A DNA stretch of 64,000 bases from Paragordius varius. Taxonomy: Eukaryota; Animalia; Nematomorpha. Positions 1 to 13,943 of the stretch are shown here, piece after piece. How positions within the stretch are numbered: position 1 is the stretch's first letter; each line of letters opens with the position of its first letter. The stretch is taken from positions 8,432,001 through 8,496,000 of the forward strand of contig OZ176055.1 of NCBI GenBank assembly GCA_964247055.1, written 5' to 3'. The notes under the pieces were generated by a model. The model was not told where the DNA came from, made no database searches, and saw nothing but the letters and a program-made list of their open reading frames with translations. Made by a program: the position numbers and the translations under genes.

Positions 1-3000
1 TTTTTATATTCATTTTTTTAAAATAATCAAAAAAATTGTAAATATTTAAAATATTTATATATAAATATACCTGCAGCTGGAACATTGATTGAGGATAAAA
101 GGATTAGAAATATAATAGCATAGGGTCCCATACTATTCAATGTGATTGAATTTTTCGAATTACTAAACAACTTTTTTAACATGTGGTGTGATTTGTTTGA
201 TATAATAATTTTTTTTACTAAAGTTTACTCAAATCAAATTTTTTTAATTTATAAATATTAGATAATCAGTGGAAAAAATATTGTATAGTTTGCACGAAGA
301 AAAAATCTTTAAAATCTAACAAATTTGTATCCGAAAACATATATTTTTTTACTAGCTAATATATATATATGTGTTTCGCGGTAGGTATTTATATTATATA
401 TTGATGTTGATGATATTATTGATAATCTATAAATATAAAATGAAAATAAAATAAGAAAAAAATGATAATACACAATAAAATTTTAGAGGATTAATTTTTT
501 TTGGATTGTAAAAAAAAATCTAAAATTTTACCGCGAGCGGAATTGGATTTGTTTTCTAGTGTGTTCTTCGAAATTTTTCCACAGCAATCAAATGTAATAT
601 TAATTATCAAGCGGTTTGAATAACATTAAAAACAGAATGATAATTTATTTTTATATTTTTGTACACGAAAAAAGTAGTTGAATTAAATTTGAAAAGTAGT
701 TGTTAGATATTATTTTCAATGTGGTTCGAAAAAAAAACTGTCAATTCCAATGTAAATTTTATTGTCAGCTTTCTGGTAAGCTATTTTCGGACACACAATC
801 GAAAAAGAATAATCAAAAATAAATTTTATGATTTGAAACGGAATAACAATAAGAAATTAATAAAATTTGACATTTGAATAAGGAAAGGAAGTGTGAAATT
901 TGAAACGCGCTAGAGAATTTGTCAAAGAATGTATTGTTGTTAACAGGCTTGATATGAATTTAGCGGTGATTTAAAAAAAATATATAAGCATTGAAAAAAA
1001 CGTGGTCAATTTCTTTTTGTCGAATATAAGGATATTAGCAACCAACCAGCCTTTTTCAAGATTAAATAAATTACTATTTATTCCACAAATGAAGAATATA
1101 AAATTATTTCACAGTTTTTTAAGAAAATAATATTTAATGAAGTAAAATCAAAATATGGAGTTGCAAATGTAGTATATATCTCTATATCTTATGCACGCAC
1201 AATATTTAAAACTTTGCAAAACTGTGAAAAGGTGTTTTAACTTTTAATAAGGAATACATAAGGAATGAATAAGGGAAAGTAGGAAAAAATTATTATTTAA
1301 ATTTATTTATTTATTAACTTAAACATTAGATTGCATTTTTTAAAATAAACATGAAAAAAATGGTGGAAGATATATATGTACGTATAAAAGATCTTAATTA
1401 CATAAAGAGTAAATTATTGAGTTCTAAAGAACTAGAATTTTGTTGGAAATACAATAATTAAAAAAAATAGTTTATATTGCTTTGCTAATATAATAATATG
1501 GATATGTAATATTGATTTGCTTTGAGAATTTCAATTTGATAGAGCAAACAGCAAATATTAATAATATACCTTTTATGTATATATCATGAAATTTATATAT
1601 GATATATATATATATATATATATATATGAACTTTTATTTAAGGATGAAATAGGAAAAAATATTTCATACTACTTTATACTATATATATATATATTTATAT
1701 ATATATTTTAATAGAAACACCTAGAAATTTTGTTTAAACGCTGCGCTGTTTATAAATATATATATATATATATATTATTGATTGATATATGGATGTTTTG
1801 TTAAGGAAGATTGATTACGCAAAACAAGTAGAAGGCTTTTGCAATTTTCCAGGGATTTTATCTATTTCATTATATTATTATTATTATACATATATAATTT
1901 TTTCATTTTATCATTATTAATGAACTTTTATCACTAAACAACATCTATCTATATATATATATATATATATAATCAATGGATTCTATTATTACATTTATAC
2001 TATATTGTCCTGTCTAAATTAATATATATTAAATAAACTTATCTAAAATTTTACTGTATAATTTGCTCTTTGCGCAGGGGTAGGTTAACAAATTTTCAAA
2101 TTAAACAAGTATCCTGGTTAACCCTGTATGTGCATTAGAAAAATTTTTGGATTAGATCAAGTGAAAATATAGGCTAACAATAATTTTCTTTCAGCCATAT
2201 AAAAAATCTGTATGTTTAAAAAATTTGATTTTCCATTTCAATTTTTTCGATTCAATAACATTTTCACGTTAAAATAGTGTTGGATATAGCTAATGCTGCT
2301 CTACTGGAATCATTCATATCTTTACAAGATAAAATCACTAGATTAGATATTTTACGCGCAGTAAAAAGCCTCTGAGTGTACAGTTAAATAGATATTTTAT
2401 TATTATTGATTATTTAATTTTACATCCAAAGAGTGTAACACACATTTTTAATTTTCCATTTAAATTGAAAATATCAGAAAAAAAATGTTTAAAAAAAATT
2501 TCTATATAAATGATGATGTTTTTTTATGTATAATCGAAGAAATTTTATTTTAATTAAAAAATTGATTGGTCCATTACATGCTGAGTTACTGAAATTAAAA
2601 TTAATTTTTTTTAATTAACTTAATTTTGTTTGCCAGAAGTTTACACCTTTAATAAAGAAGTGCTAACTAATATATAGACCAACACGGAAAAAAATGCTTT
2701 TCTTTATACATTTTTTTAAAATAAATTTCTAGAAAATAAAAAACTTTTTTCAACAAATTCAGGGATAAATAAGTACAATTTCACTTTTTATGACCTGATT
2801 ATTTTGAAAAGTACAAAGATTGGAGATTAATTCTGAAAGCGCTGAATGCATTTAAAATTCGACCAGGGATCAACATTTTTAATGAAAGTACAAATAATTT
2901 TTACTAATCTCTCAATAACCTAAATTAAAATATTTTAGTGATTAGCGTAAGGATGAATTCTAGAGTATATATACCGTTGGAATTTGTATTATAACAACCA

Positions 3001-3399
3001 TGGAGAAGAAATATGAAAACATATGAAAATAATTATTAATTTTGACCTAAATGAAATTCAAAAACAAGAAATTTATAAAAAGTTTTAACGTTTTATAATA
3101 TATTATTATTAATATTAGATCCAGATATTTATAGCGCCGCTATGATTGAGTCGAAAACGAGAATTGGATATATGACAAAGAAGATTTTTATTGCATTGCA
3201 CATTTATGCTGGCCTATTGACATTATGAGAACCAATTGGTAACATAGTTTATGGGTAAAAATAACAAAATGTTGAACTTTACTGTAATGCCCATTAACCA
3301 CAACACTAATTTGAATAGGCTGTATATTTATGTTGTTATAAATAAAAATAACACATATAGAAAAAAAATCATAAGTAAAATATTTATAGCGGATCACAA

Positions 3400-5650
3400 G
3401 ACATTAAATTAATAAAGATGAAAAATTATTGCGTTATGATAACGTAGTAGGGTTGTCAGATGGGGTTGGTGGTATGGAGGTGGGTGTCTCCGGGTGAGGG
3501 CGCATATATTTTCTACCGCTGATAAATTCGAAGAATATGTCAAAAGAGAATTTGATGGTGTCGATAACTATATCCTTTCTCATCTCGGCTGTTTTTTCAT
3601 CTTAATTTAGCTAAAATAGCCCTTTCATTTTTTGAATGCCATGATCCAAGGGCGCCCACGACGATTGGGATGATGTGGAATTCGTCGAATTGACCTGAAA
3701 CTGCAACTGTGAGGTGACTATATTTCTCTATCTTGATATTGTGGGCCTAGTGTAGGGCATTGGGCCAGTTTTCGTATGTGACAATTGAATCGATGATAAG
3801 GCACTTGCACGGCCACCACGAGATCGGGTTTGAGTCTTGACGAGTCCAGTGCTTGATTTTCGGATATAAACTGAAGGTTGGATGGGAGATTTTGTTTAAG
3901 GTGGCGCACAATATTGTCGTGTCGCTAATTAAAGCGACTGCAGAACCCAAGAATATGGCCTTTAGATTCGTTAGGTTCGTTGCATTGCCAGAAGTTGCGA
4001 TCATAAGAATCAGCAAACCTTTGGCTATTTGTGGGTAGGAGATTCAACCTCGTCTTGTGTATTAACTTCCAGTCCCTGTATCTCAGGTTCCGGGAGTTAT
4101 ACAGGAAGAAGTGGGATGATTTGTGTTGTGCAACACATTACATTACTTTTCCTAGCGAGGCGGTGTGTTCGAGATCACAATCAATGTGATCTCTTTTCCA
4201 CTTGCGCAGGAGAGATATGACACTGTGTCGATTGCAATGTTGTTCGCCACCGAGGTTGGGTAGAGTGGCCAGATGACCAAAGCCGATCGGGCTTTGTTAC
4301 AAACGTTATCGAACTCATTCGTTCTGTTGATAGAGTCGGGTGCCCGATAATAACGAAGCTAGCTCGCTAGGTGACTGAGAATTGAGTTACAATCTCTTTC
4401 CTGCAACTTTACTTATTTCAAGGAAGGCGGTGTTTTGGGGCACTTTGTCATTGCTGGTTAGCAATTTGAACGCCGAGTCAATCAGAAATATGTTCATATC
4501 ATCTTTCGTTAAAAGACGTCATAATGTCTTTTGCTACGTGAGCCAAATATCCAATTACACTGCTCAACAAGGTTTTCCACCACCCCATTATTTTTGCATT
4601 TTCTGATACCTAATGGCATGGAAAGGCCAAAACAAAAAAGAAAATTGAGGCCACCAATAGGATTTTTCCGAAATTTAATTTTTAAATTTGTATTTAATTT
4701 AAAAATAACAATCATTTTTCGTGTAACATATGTTTAATATTCAAACTAACAAGTCGATACAAGTAAATTCCATGCATGAATAACAAAATTCTAGGATAAG
4801 ATACTAAACAAGCTAAGAGCCAAAGTATTAAAAATCTAAAAGGGGCTTATTCCGCGCGAGATTTAATTGGATTGTTGGATTTTGTCGATCAGTCTTCAGC
4901 TTGGCCCTTGTTTATATAAGTGAAGGCCGATTGGGTTGCCTAAAAAATTGATTGTATCTGCTTCAATGATTATCTTGATTGGCAAGTTATCTATTGATGG
5001 CATATGATCGCGGTGATTGATATACGAATTGTATTTTTTGTTGATTCAAGAGAAGTCCTATTTTGCTCAGTGACTGTTGGACCGAGTTTATAGCGGTTTG
5101 GTGGTTATGGTGGTCTTTTGTAAGCAAACATAGGTTTTCAGCATATGCTAAAGCTTCGTGGCCGTTTAACCTCAGAAGCTATAGCGTATCGTTGATAACG
5201 AGGTTTGAAAAAGTGCCGGACAGTGGACAGCCTTGTTTGATACCAGATTTGAATCTTATTAGCTTGGTGGGACTATTTCCGGTCATAAACGAAATGGTAG
5301 CATTTTCGTATATATCGCTGATGAGGCTGATAAAACTGCTGCTAAGAACAATTTTCTGAAGACATTCGGGATGCTTTTGTGAGGAACAAAATTGAAGTGG
5401 CGAAATGTCCAGCCATCTTGCAAATAGAGGGGTTTTATGTATTTTGATATGCCTTGTGCGGACTTAATTGTGAAATCATGCTCTAGGCATCCGTCATAAG
5501 GCATAAAACCTTTTTGTGTTGGGTCAAAGATGCTGTTAAGTTTTGAATGGTTATTGATTCTATCAGATATTAGTGCCGTAAAAATATTGTATATTATGTT
5601 GCACAAGGCTATTGGAGGCCAGTTTTTAATAATAGTAAGGTAAGAATTCT
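3400..5650 (-). mobile_element. Decayed, 5'-truncated non-LTR retrotransposon with restriction-like endonuclease (Utopia/NeSL-like)
   Basis: Minus-strand translation across stops and frameshifts gives RT motifs NWPPIALCNIIY...QKGFMPYDGCLEH (~5480-5630), SGIKQGCPLSG (~5215-5245) and LAYAENL (a degraded YADD). These are followed by IDSAFKLLTSND, WKLIHKTRLNLLP, a CCHC knuckle remnant (QCNEPNESKGHILGFC), RHDNIV, LKPDLV...IID and PIVVGALGSW (~3640-3670). The RLE-clade call is firm; the Utopia subclade is recalled from motifs only. Confidence 0.85.
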
Positions 5651-5889
5651 TTTTTTGGCATTATTTAAATATATTTTCCCTTTTGTTAAATTAATTATGG
5701 ACAAATTTTGTTTTATACCACGGTAGTTTTATACAGATTGGCTACAACACTAATGTAAATAGGCCAGCTTAAATGATGGTTAGCATAAAAGTTGTAAAAG
5801 TGTTGTTAAGTTTAAACCATCACGAATTTTAAAATAATGATAGTGATTTGTAATAATTTGGATATAATATATGTATACAATTTTTTTAA

Positions 5890-8800
5890 AAGTATTTTGC
5901 ATGATATCAAATAAAACAAATAAAATTAAGGATCATCCATGACGGTATTTGCATTATTATACGAGTAAACTAATGGTTATGTTATTTGAATACAAAAATA
6001 TAAATATAGACTATGCAAATATTATCATCACTACAATTTGTATCATACATCCAAAAATTATATTTATAAATATTTTTTGCATAGGTAACATCACTACACC
6101 CTTAGGAGAACCGCACCGGCTTCCGGTGAATTCTCTCAGGGTAACGACGCTCGATCGGACTTTCATTAATTTTGTAATTATTACTATTATATAATCATTA
6201 CTATGCAAAAAAAATTTAAATAATTATTTTTTCATGAGATAGCTTATGAACAGTGAACTCATTTGCCGCAATAATAATAATAGTAATGACAATAATAACG
6301 ATAAAATAAATGATAACAATATATCTCTCAATATTTCAAAAACTAGTTAATCAACAAATAAAAATTGCTATTGTTTTGAGGAACCGGTGTAGTTGAGTTG
6401 GCGGGTAGGTCTACGTGTTTCATCTGATTCGCGTGCTTTCTGACCATCTTATTGTTTCCCTGATCCCATACGCTCTAAGAAAGCAGACCGGTTCTATCGG
6501 CGACTTCGCCTGCTCGCCGTTCGGGACCCTGTTCGTTTTAAATCATTATCCGTTGGTCTATTGAGAACTCACGACGCGGGGTGCATCTAAGGGTGTTCGT
6601 GTTTATCCAGGTCAATGGTGTTTGGGTAAGATACTCGTTTAAACAGCAATCGAAAGGGGATTTCTTTTGCGGTATCATGGATTGATTTTACAGTAAGACC
6701 ATAAGGAAGTATTAAAAGCTTTCTGAGGTGTATTGTAATTTTTGATTTTTTATATTTGCCCTTTAGGGATCCCACTATCCCTTTACCATCCCATTACATA
6801 TAGGATGATAGGGGGTTACCCTCAAGTATTTAATTCCCAAGTTCGTCAGGGTTGACGTAAAATACGGATTATTAACGTAAAAAGCGTTGTCACTTATTAC
6901 CATCCTTGGAAACCCAAACCTGCAAAGGTTTCCTCGAGTTTGAGCAATATATTCACCGATGTAACCCTTTTAGCATAAACCCTTACGACCACTTTGATGC
7001 GCTGTTAATAAGCAACAACCCGAAATACCCATCGACTGGATCAGCTATATTAATGTGTAAGCGCTCCCATATTACAGCATTCGGATTTTATTCTCTAACT
7101 TTGGTCAAAAACATGTAAATCTTGCCATCGCTTTCATCGTTTCCACATTATTATGATCGCTGTGCAAATAATTAACCACACTCGCCTGTAAGCTTTCCGG
7201 AATAATGATTCCATAGTTTAAACTAACTTAACAGTTCGTATTGATACGCAATTTCTTCTTTCAGGTTCGTAAACCCAGCTAACTCAACATCACTTCAATC
7301 TTGTTTATGTATCGCCTTGATTGCCTTTTTCCAAAGTTTTATCCTTAACTGTCTCTCTCCGGATCTCATCTCGACTTAAATGAACCTTCTGACAATTTAG
7401 GTACCTTAAATGTCTCGTTACTATGTAATCCATATCAATTGTGTCAACATTATCTTCCCCGGGGCATCTTGACAAGTAATCGGCTCAATTTTTCGGACCG
7501 CCTGATAACTTAATTCAACTCAATTATTCAGTCGGTTAACCCATCTTAAACTTCGCATTATGAATTTCTTTTAAATTTATATCCCTATTTATCAGCCTAA
7601 CCAGTGGTAAATGGTCTGTCAAAATTTCAAACTTTCTACCATAGATGAAGTTAGATACTTTTTTAATACAAAAACAATAGCCTTTAATTGCCCGTAAATT
7701 CAGTTCTGCGGTACTACACTTTCTCTAACTATAGGCAATAGGTTTCCTTTCATCATTTATCACATGACTTAAAATACATCCAAACCCTATGTCTGAGGAA
7801 TCGGTTTCAATCACCAGCTTTGTATCCGGATTGTATGAATACTTGTTCACTTAAATTCCTTTGCTGCTTTCCAACTTTTCTCTTATTTTTTTGACCATTT
7901 CCATCGGACACTTATTACACTATATAAATCACTTAAAATCAATTGAAGCTTGAGTATAAATCTTTCATGGAGCTAAAAACCTAAAATACTTCTTAAAGAT
8001 TTTTTATTCACAGGTTTTTTTAAATTGATTGCCTTTATAATCTTACAAGGACTTATACTACTTATTTCCAATCCCAATTACCTACTGAAGGTTTACCAAT
8101 TTTTATTTTTTCTTTTCTAATTTAAAACCTGCCAATTCTAACCAATTTAATACTTTGTTATTATTTAATATTCTTGTTCAGATTGCCAGTTAAACATCAT
8201 CTAAATATACAGGCCGGAACACTCTTTATAACCTAGTCCATGACTCGCTGACGAAAGGCATCCATTTATAGCCGAAAAATCTCTTGTGCGTTACAATCGT
8301 TAGGAGGTGTTATGATTCTTTAGATATGGGCACTAGATAGGCATCTTTCAGATCAATCTTAGTGAAAACTTGTCTTTCGCCAATCTTACTTGCCAAATCA
8401 TCAAACGTTGGGATGATGTAAGAGTCCTACGTCAGCCATTTGTTGATCGTGACTCTAAAGTCCCTGCAGATTCTCAGCTCTCCGTTCGCTTTCAATACGT
8501 TGACCGTTGGCATGACCCATGTAAGAGGTGTGAGGTTGGAATTTTAGTTCCAAAATATCTAACTTCTGCAGTTTTAGCAATATTCTCTCAACTTTTGAAT
8601 TTAAAGGAAGCGGCACTCGTTGACAAGGCCAAAGGGGGAGAGGCTTTGTGAGCTTTTAACGGCTCATAAACAGCCTAATTGTCAATGAAAATTTTAATAA
8701 TTTATCAAGTTTAATTAACATCTTACCACGCCTCAAAGTTAATGACACTGATATCGGCTTCCGTGTCGTATCGTTTTGTATTGTTTATCATTTACTGTCC

Positions 8801-9347
8801 ATCGTGACATTGGCATTACTTTTATATGGATTTGGAGGTTGAACATAGTCTTGGCAGCGTTTTTCGCTCAACACATTTTGGCGGTTTTCCGAATTTGTTG
8901 CGATTGCGGTTCCAGGCAGGACATTTGTTTGGTCCATGGATACTCCCATGATGCTTGCATGAATGTGTCCGAAGTTTTGATTGTTATAAGCAATTTTATT
9001 ACCATTGTTATATAATTGGTATTATAGCGATGCACATGTTGGCAATTGGCACTCTCATTTTTTTGCAATTTGGATTTGAATTTCGGTGGTGCCACCAATG
9101 TTATGCTATGTTAGTTAGTCGATTGACCATCTATGTTGTCAAATTAACTGATATAAATAATGACAGTAAGTTTTAATAATCGATATATAGATTCATAAGG
9201 GTATTTGCATGAAATATAGAAATATATACGAAACTATTGGATTTGTTATATTCATCATATTATAAAAATTTAAATATATACAATTCAAATCTCACTGAAA
9301 TTTATGATATACAACAGTTACAACTGTAAATATTTGCATAGGTAACA
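5890..9347 (-). mobile_element. Decayed Ty3/Gypsy LTR retrotransposon (gag-PR-RT-RNaseH-IN) with diverged LTRs
   Basis: Minus strand: gag Cys/His remnant HGPNKCPAWN (~8890-8960), protease DT.ADISVI (~8740-8780), RT NGELRICRDF..INK / FTKIDLKDAY / YLDD (~8160-8500), RNaseH IETDSSDIG..PIAY / LTDHLPL (~7560-7830) and integrase WERLHI / FPRMVISDN / PYHPICNG (~6780-7070). Two ~150-200 bp direct repeats both start TGTTACCTATGCAAA on the minus strand (9347 and 6090). A PPT-like AAGGGTGTAGTGA precedes the 6090 copy. The lower LTR boundaries are approximate. Confidence 0.88.
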
Positions 9348-9575
9348 AAAAGTAATTATTATTATCCAAACTCTGCATTATATATAATATTTATAATAAT
9401 TACTTATGGCTACTTTAGCATCGAGGCAAATGATAATCCAATTCTAAGTTCTCTATAAGAATTACCTCCGATTTATATAGGCCATCTAATTACTGATAAA
9501 TGAATCACGTATGAATATAATAATTAGTCCTGCAAAACAAAGTGAAATAAACATAGTAATAGTTTTCATATAGAT

Positions 9576-10350
9576 CAGGGCTTCTAAAACTTTTGTATTC
9601 CAACCCAATTTATGATTGCGAGTTTCTTAACGACTTCAATAAATTAAAAGAAAAATAAATTAATATTTTGTAATGTACAATTATTGGGTACAATATACAT
9701 ATGCATTTAAAATATGTAAGTTATAAATTCGTTTAACATATAAAAATCTTAAATTCAAATTTGGACAAAATGTTGCAGAACTGTTTTTATTATAGTTTCA
9801 AAAACAAAAAGGGATTCTGACCGTCTTAATTCTCTCGAATATATTCAAGTAGTTGCGTGGTAAAAATAAAGTTTGAGTCAAAAATTTAATGAGATGGATG
9901 TGTCATTGGTGTTATGTTTGAAACTGCTGGACGTAAAATCTCTTCAACATTTTCTCGCTGAACGATATTGGAATTTAATGTGTTTTAATACTGAAAAAGT
10001 AATTCACCTAAATATGTGGTGTTGGATAGCAGAAGTAAATTTAAGGCCATATCGGCGATTGTGGGAAATTCAGTTCTAGTTCCGATCCAAAATTTTAAGG
10101 CTCTTTTTGGAATTCTATAACATGTTCTGATTCATAGTTAATTTCTACAATATATTATAATGATCGGAATAGAAATGCTGGTATAAACAATCTTTCCGAA
10201 CCAGAATATTTTATGATATATTTATCTTTAATGATTGTTATTTTTCTTTATACCAATAATTTTACAAGTTAAAAAACATTTTTTGTTAAATTGTTTTTTT
10301 ATCGCTCGGGACCCCATTATTTTGCTACGTTACCTCCAAACGACTAAGAT
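9576..10350 (-). mobile_element. hAT (Charlie-type) DNA transposon relic, C-terminal dimerisation region
   Basis: Minus ~9860-10110 reads LKFWIGTRTEFPTIADMALNLLLLSNTTYLGE...FSVLKHIKFQYRS...LRPAVSNITP, matching the Charlie C-terminal pattern. A Charlie-like terminus CAGGGCTTCTAAAACTTTT lies at 9576. The other end is approximate. Confidence 0.7.
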
Positions 10351-11117
10351 ATTACAAATATCTGGTTATTATCATATTCATAATTATACCATTTTTAACA
10401 CTTCATGACCTTTTCATTCATTTGTCCTAGTTGACATATGGAAATAGGTTTATATCCGAGAGTTTAATTTTTCAAATAAACTTCTGTTTTAAAAGCTCTA
10501 TAAACCAAAACTTAATTATCAAAGCTTGTTCTTATGTATTAAATAAAAAACTTATTTTTTACAGTTTTGTGATATCATGAGTCTAAAATTGGGACAGCTT
10601 TAAACACGAAAACTAAGAGGTGATATTAAAATCAAAATATATCATTTGCTGGTAAAATGTAAACTGAAAGTTTTTTAATTATTTTCAATTTCTAATCATA
10701 ATATACATTTATTTGCCTTGGATTTAGCGAAAAATTTTATTAAAAAAATGGCGGCGAAAAAGTATAAGATAAGGATTTTTTGTGCGCTTAAAAGGTTAAA
10801 GAAATTATATTTTTAAACTCGGCTTAATACCCTAAACACTTTTTAGGATAGAATCTCTAATTATAATACTAACCCAAAAGTCATGAGTATTGACAAAATA
10901 TATAAACAAAACGCAGTGATTTGTGGATATCTCTTATCAATATCAATGTACACTGGTCTCGGGCTTGTTGACCTTCGTCAGTACGCAATATATGGTTTGA
11001 GAGTTAACATTTCCGCATAAAAACTAAGTTTAAAGCAATACATAATGCAGTAAATTCAAAGAAAGTATACAATATGTTGTAATACGACTTCCAGTTTTAT
11101 AGACTAATATGCTTTAA

Positions 11118-11390
11118 CACTTGGATACAACACATTCATTTCAGTTCTTCGATTTTAATGGGGTAGTTAGATAACCCAAGTCTGTTTTAAATTAAATTCT
11201 GTAAAAATATGGAAGAAATCGAAACCAGGCAACATTTTGAACTTATATAACATTAATACACCGAAATATATAAAAAAATTTATTCAAAAATACTTGATAT
11301 TACTAATTTTATCACTTGGATACAACACAATTATTTCAGTCCTTCGATTCAAATTGAGGTAGTTGAATACCCCAGGCCTGTTTATAATTA
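11118..11390 (-). mobile_element. Two tandem right-end fragments of the TTAA-flanked (piggyBac-like) MITE family
   Basis: TTAA|CACTTGGATACAACACA... at 11118 and CACTTGGATACAACACA at 11313 are reverse complements of the right end of the copies at 13944, 23419 and 56385. Confidence 0.75.
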
Positions 11391-11392
11391 AA

Positions 11393-13500
11393 TACATGAT
11401 GGTAGTTGTAGGCGGGTAGTTCCTACCCAGAGGCCAATATAAAAATGTAGATAGATAAAAAAAATTGCCTTTATATCTGGAATCATCGTTCATTCCTCTT
11501 AGTTTATGGACGAATGGCTCAAAACTAAATAATAGTTAAATGATAGCGCAATTTTTAGGGAATAATGGGCCTATTTAACGGCAATTGAAAAAATCCGCTC
11601 GACTAAAATTTTTACGGGTAATATTTTAAGCAGCTATTAAACTCATATGGCCTGATAGATTTTCTGAAATTTAGCCCTAAAACGCGACGGGTCAGTTTTT
11701 CGCGGGGAGCTCCTTACTCAGCAGCTATCATCAAAGAAACGCTTGACTAAAATTTTTGTTATTTGACAGAAAAAACGTGGAATCCTTATTGAATTTTTAC
11801 GGTCTCATACCTAGGGCAGATTGTTACATGCAAATTTTAAATATATACTTTGTTTGTATATCATAATTTTCTGTGTTACATGCAAATTTGAAATACATAC
11901 TTTGGTTGTATATCATAATGCGTTATTTGAATTGTATTATTTTTATATTTTTTTGGTATTATATAAATATTATATCCTTTGATACTTAAAATTTTATCGT
12001 TGTAATGCAAATTATGTACACCTAAAATTAGTATATATAAACCACAAAAAAACCGAATAAACATTTTTCACGTTTCTCATATTATCTCCTCTTTTCAAGT
12101 TAACATCTGGTAGCCAAGCGAATCCGAACTAATCTAACAACTAATCTAACATAACTGTGGAACCCACTGAGTTTCAAACTCGGATGGTGGAAGAGTTCAA
12201 AATGCAACAACCATGACAATGTCAATTGCCAATATCACCAACATGTCCATCAAAAAATATGATTATAAAACCAATTATAGCTAGGGTAATAATTTAAATC
12301 GATCACAACAATCAAAACCTCTGACACATTCGCGCAAGGGTTATGGGACTGTTCATGGGCCAAGCAAATGTCCCGCCTGGAACCGCAATGCAAATGCGGA
12401 AAACCCAACCACTTCGCTAATGTAGATCAAAAAAACACTGCCAAAAATATGTTCAACCGCCAGTGCACTGAAAGCGAACGGGCTAAGAATCTATAGCGAC
12501 TTTGGAATCATTATCAACAAATGGCTGGGGAGGACTCCCACATCATTCAACATTTGATGGATGGGTAAGTTAGATTGGCGCGGACAAGCTTGTAACAAGA
12601 TTGATCTGTAAGACGCCTACCTCCCCAGGTCGAGCTTAAGAGTCGCTACACCCTCTACAATTTCAACGCTAAGAGGATGTTCCCGTTACAAAAGGATACC
12701 GTTCAGATTCCCCGCAGCACCGATAGTATTTCAGTGTGAATGGACCAGTTTAACAAGAAATGGTCCAGGATGGCGTGAGGCATAGATCAACATGTATTAT
12801 CATTCAAACTAGTATTATTTCGCCTAAGGGGGAAGTGATGTTACATGCAAATTTAAAATATATACTTTGTTTGTCTATCATAATTTTCTGTGTTACATGT
12901 AAATTTGAAATACATACTTTGGTTGATATCATAATTTTCTGCGTTATTTGAATTGTATTATTCTTATTTTTTGGGTACTATATAAATATTATATCCTTTG
13001 TTACTTAAAATTTTATTGTTATGACAAATTATGTACACCTAAAATTAGTATATATATAAACCACAAAAAAACCGTACCGAATAAATATTCATTTTCACGT
13101 TTCTTATATTATCTTCCCCTCAAGTTAATAAAAAAAATGATATTTGTGGATTTTGTTTTTTGAAAAAAATGGCAGAGCAGGTAAAAAAGGACCTAAATTA
13201 AAAAAGCGAGACGACTATGTTCAGCGCAATCGAAAATAAATAATCAAAAATCATATAAATTGAATGGTCCAACACATTTTCCGGAAAATTGTCTCAAAGA
13301 CACGATTTTTGTGGACTTCTGTTTTCAAGAATAAACATTTTTCACACGGGGTGGGCCCAAACTGGGTGCCTATTTCAAAAAAAGGGCGAAGCTAATGTCG
13401 GGGCATTCATTAATGATTATATTATTTCGGTATTTGGATTTGAATGGGTGTACCGGTTTTCCGGAAACAGATAACAAAGCCACCAATTTCCATTTTTATA
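11393..13500. repeat. Unclassified interspersed repeat family B, copy 1 (lacks left end; interrupted by LTR element at 11822-13130)
   Basis: 11393-11821 matches the tandem units at 31.9-32.7 kb. 13131-13500 matches the right ends at 22940-23320 and 32715-33070. The two halves join at the point seen uninterrupted at ~32695-32720. Confidence 0.8.
11822..13130 (+). mobile_element. Internally deleted (1.3 kb) Gypsy LTR element: LTR-PBS-gag fragment-RT fragment-PPT-LTR
   Basis: Highly similar direct repeats lie at 11822-12105 (TGTTA...TAACA) and 12839-13130. PBS-like TGGTAGCCAAGCG is at 12108 and PPT AAGGGGGAAGTGA at 12826-12838. Inside are a gag knuckle remnant (CPAWNR...CGKPNHFANV, ~12365-12425) and an RT remnant (GLRIYSDF..INKW / KIDL.DAY, ~12480-12625) clearly homologous at DNA level to 8330-8500 and 8890-9000. 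Confidence 0.9.
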
Positions 13501-13943
13501 AATATATAGATGAGCATTTAGCCCACAATAAATCTATTTGGCATATGCGCCAATTTCTCTATTTTTTGATATAGAGCAGTTACCAGAAAAATAGTAATAC
13601 CATACTTTAATAAATCATAAGGCCCAAAACAAAGATCCTTAAATGCTGACATAATCTATCAGGATACAAGTCATTATGATATGCACGATGTCATATCAGC
13701 GCTAATTTTACTATTTTAGGAGCAAGCAAATAACTTTCTTATATCAATCCTAAGTCATGAAACCCAACACTATGAAACCGTTTTATATTTCCCCATCACA
13801 TATAGTTCATCAATATAGTAACTCCCCCCTAATTTTCCACTCTGTATATCAAATTAACCTGTATATTAAATTTTATAATACAATGTTTAATTTGGGAAAG
13901 AATTCATTTTGTTATTGGGTTAAAACATCATAAACAAATTTTA

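Noticed and set aside
1-3300. Short exon-like stretches, e.g. KIDYAKQVEGFCNFPGILSISL near 1810-1870
   Set aside because: They could not be joined or assigned to a family, and AT-rich DNA yields such segments by chance. They might be the 3' end of a gene outside the window.
5949-6208. ORFs of 81 aa (+) and 65 aa (-)
   Set aside because: They overlap the 3' LTR and PPT of the Gypsy element and are non-coding.
13520-13860. Coding-looking plus-strand fragments (DTSHYDMHDVISALILLF...)
   Set aside because: They contain in-frame stops and no recognisable motif.
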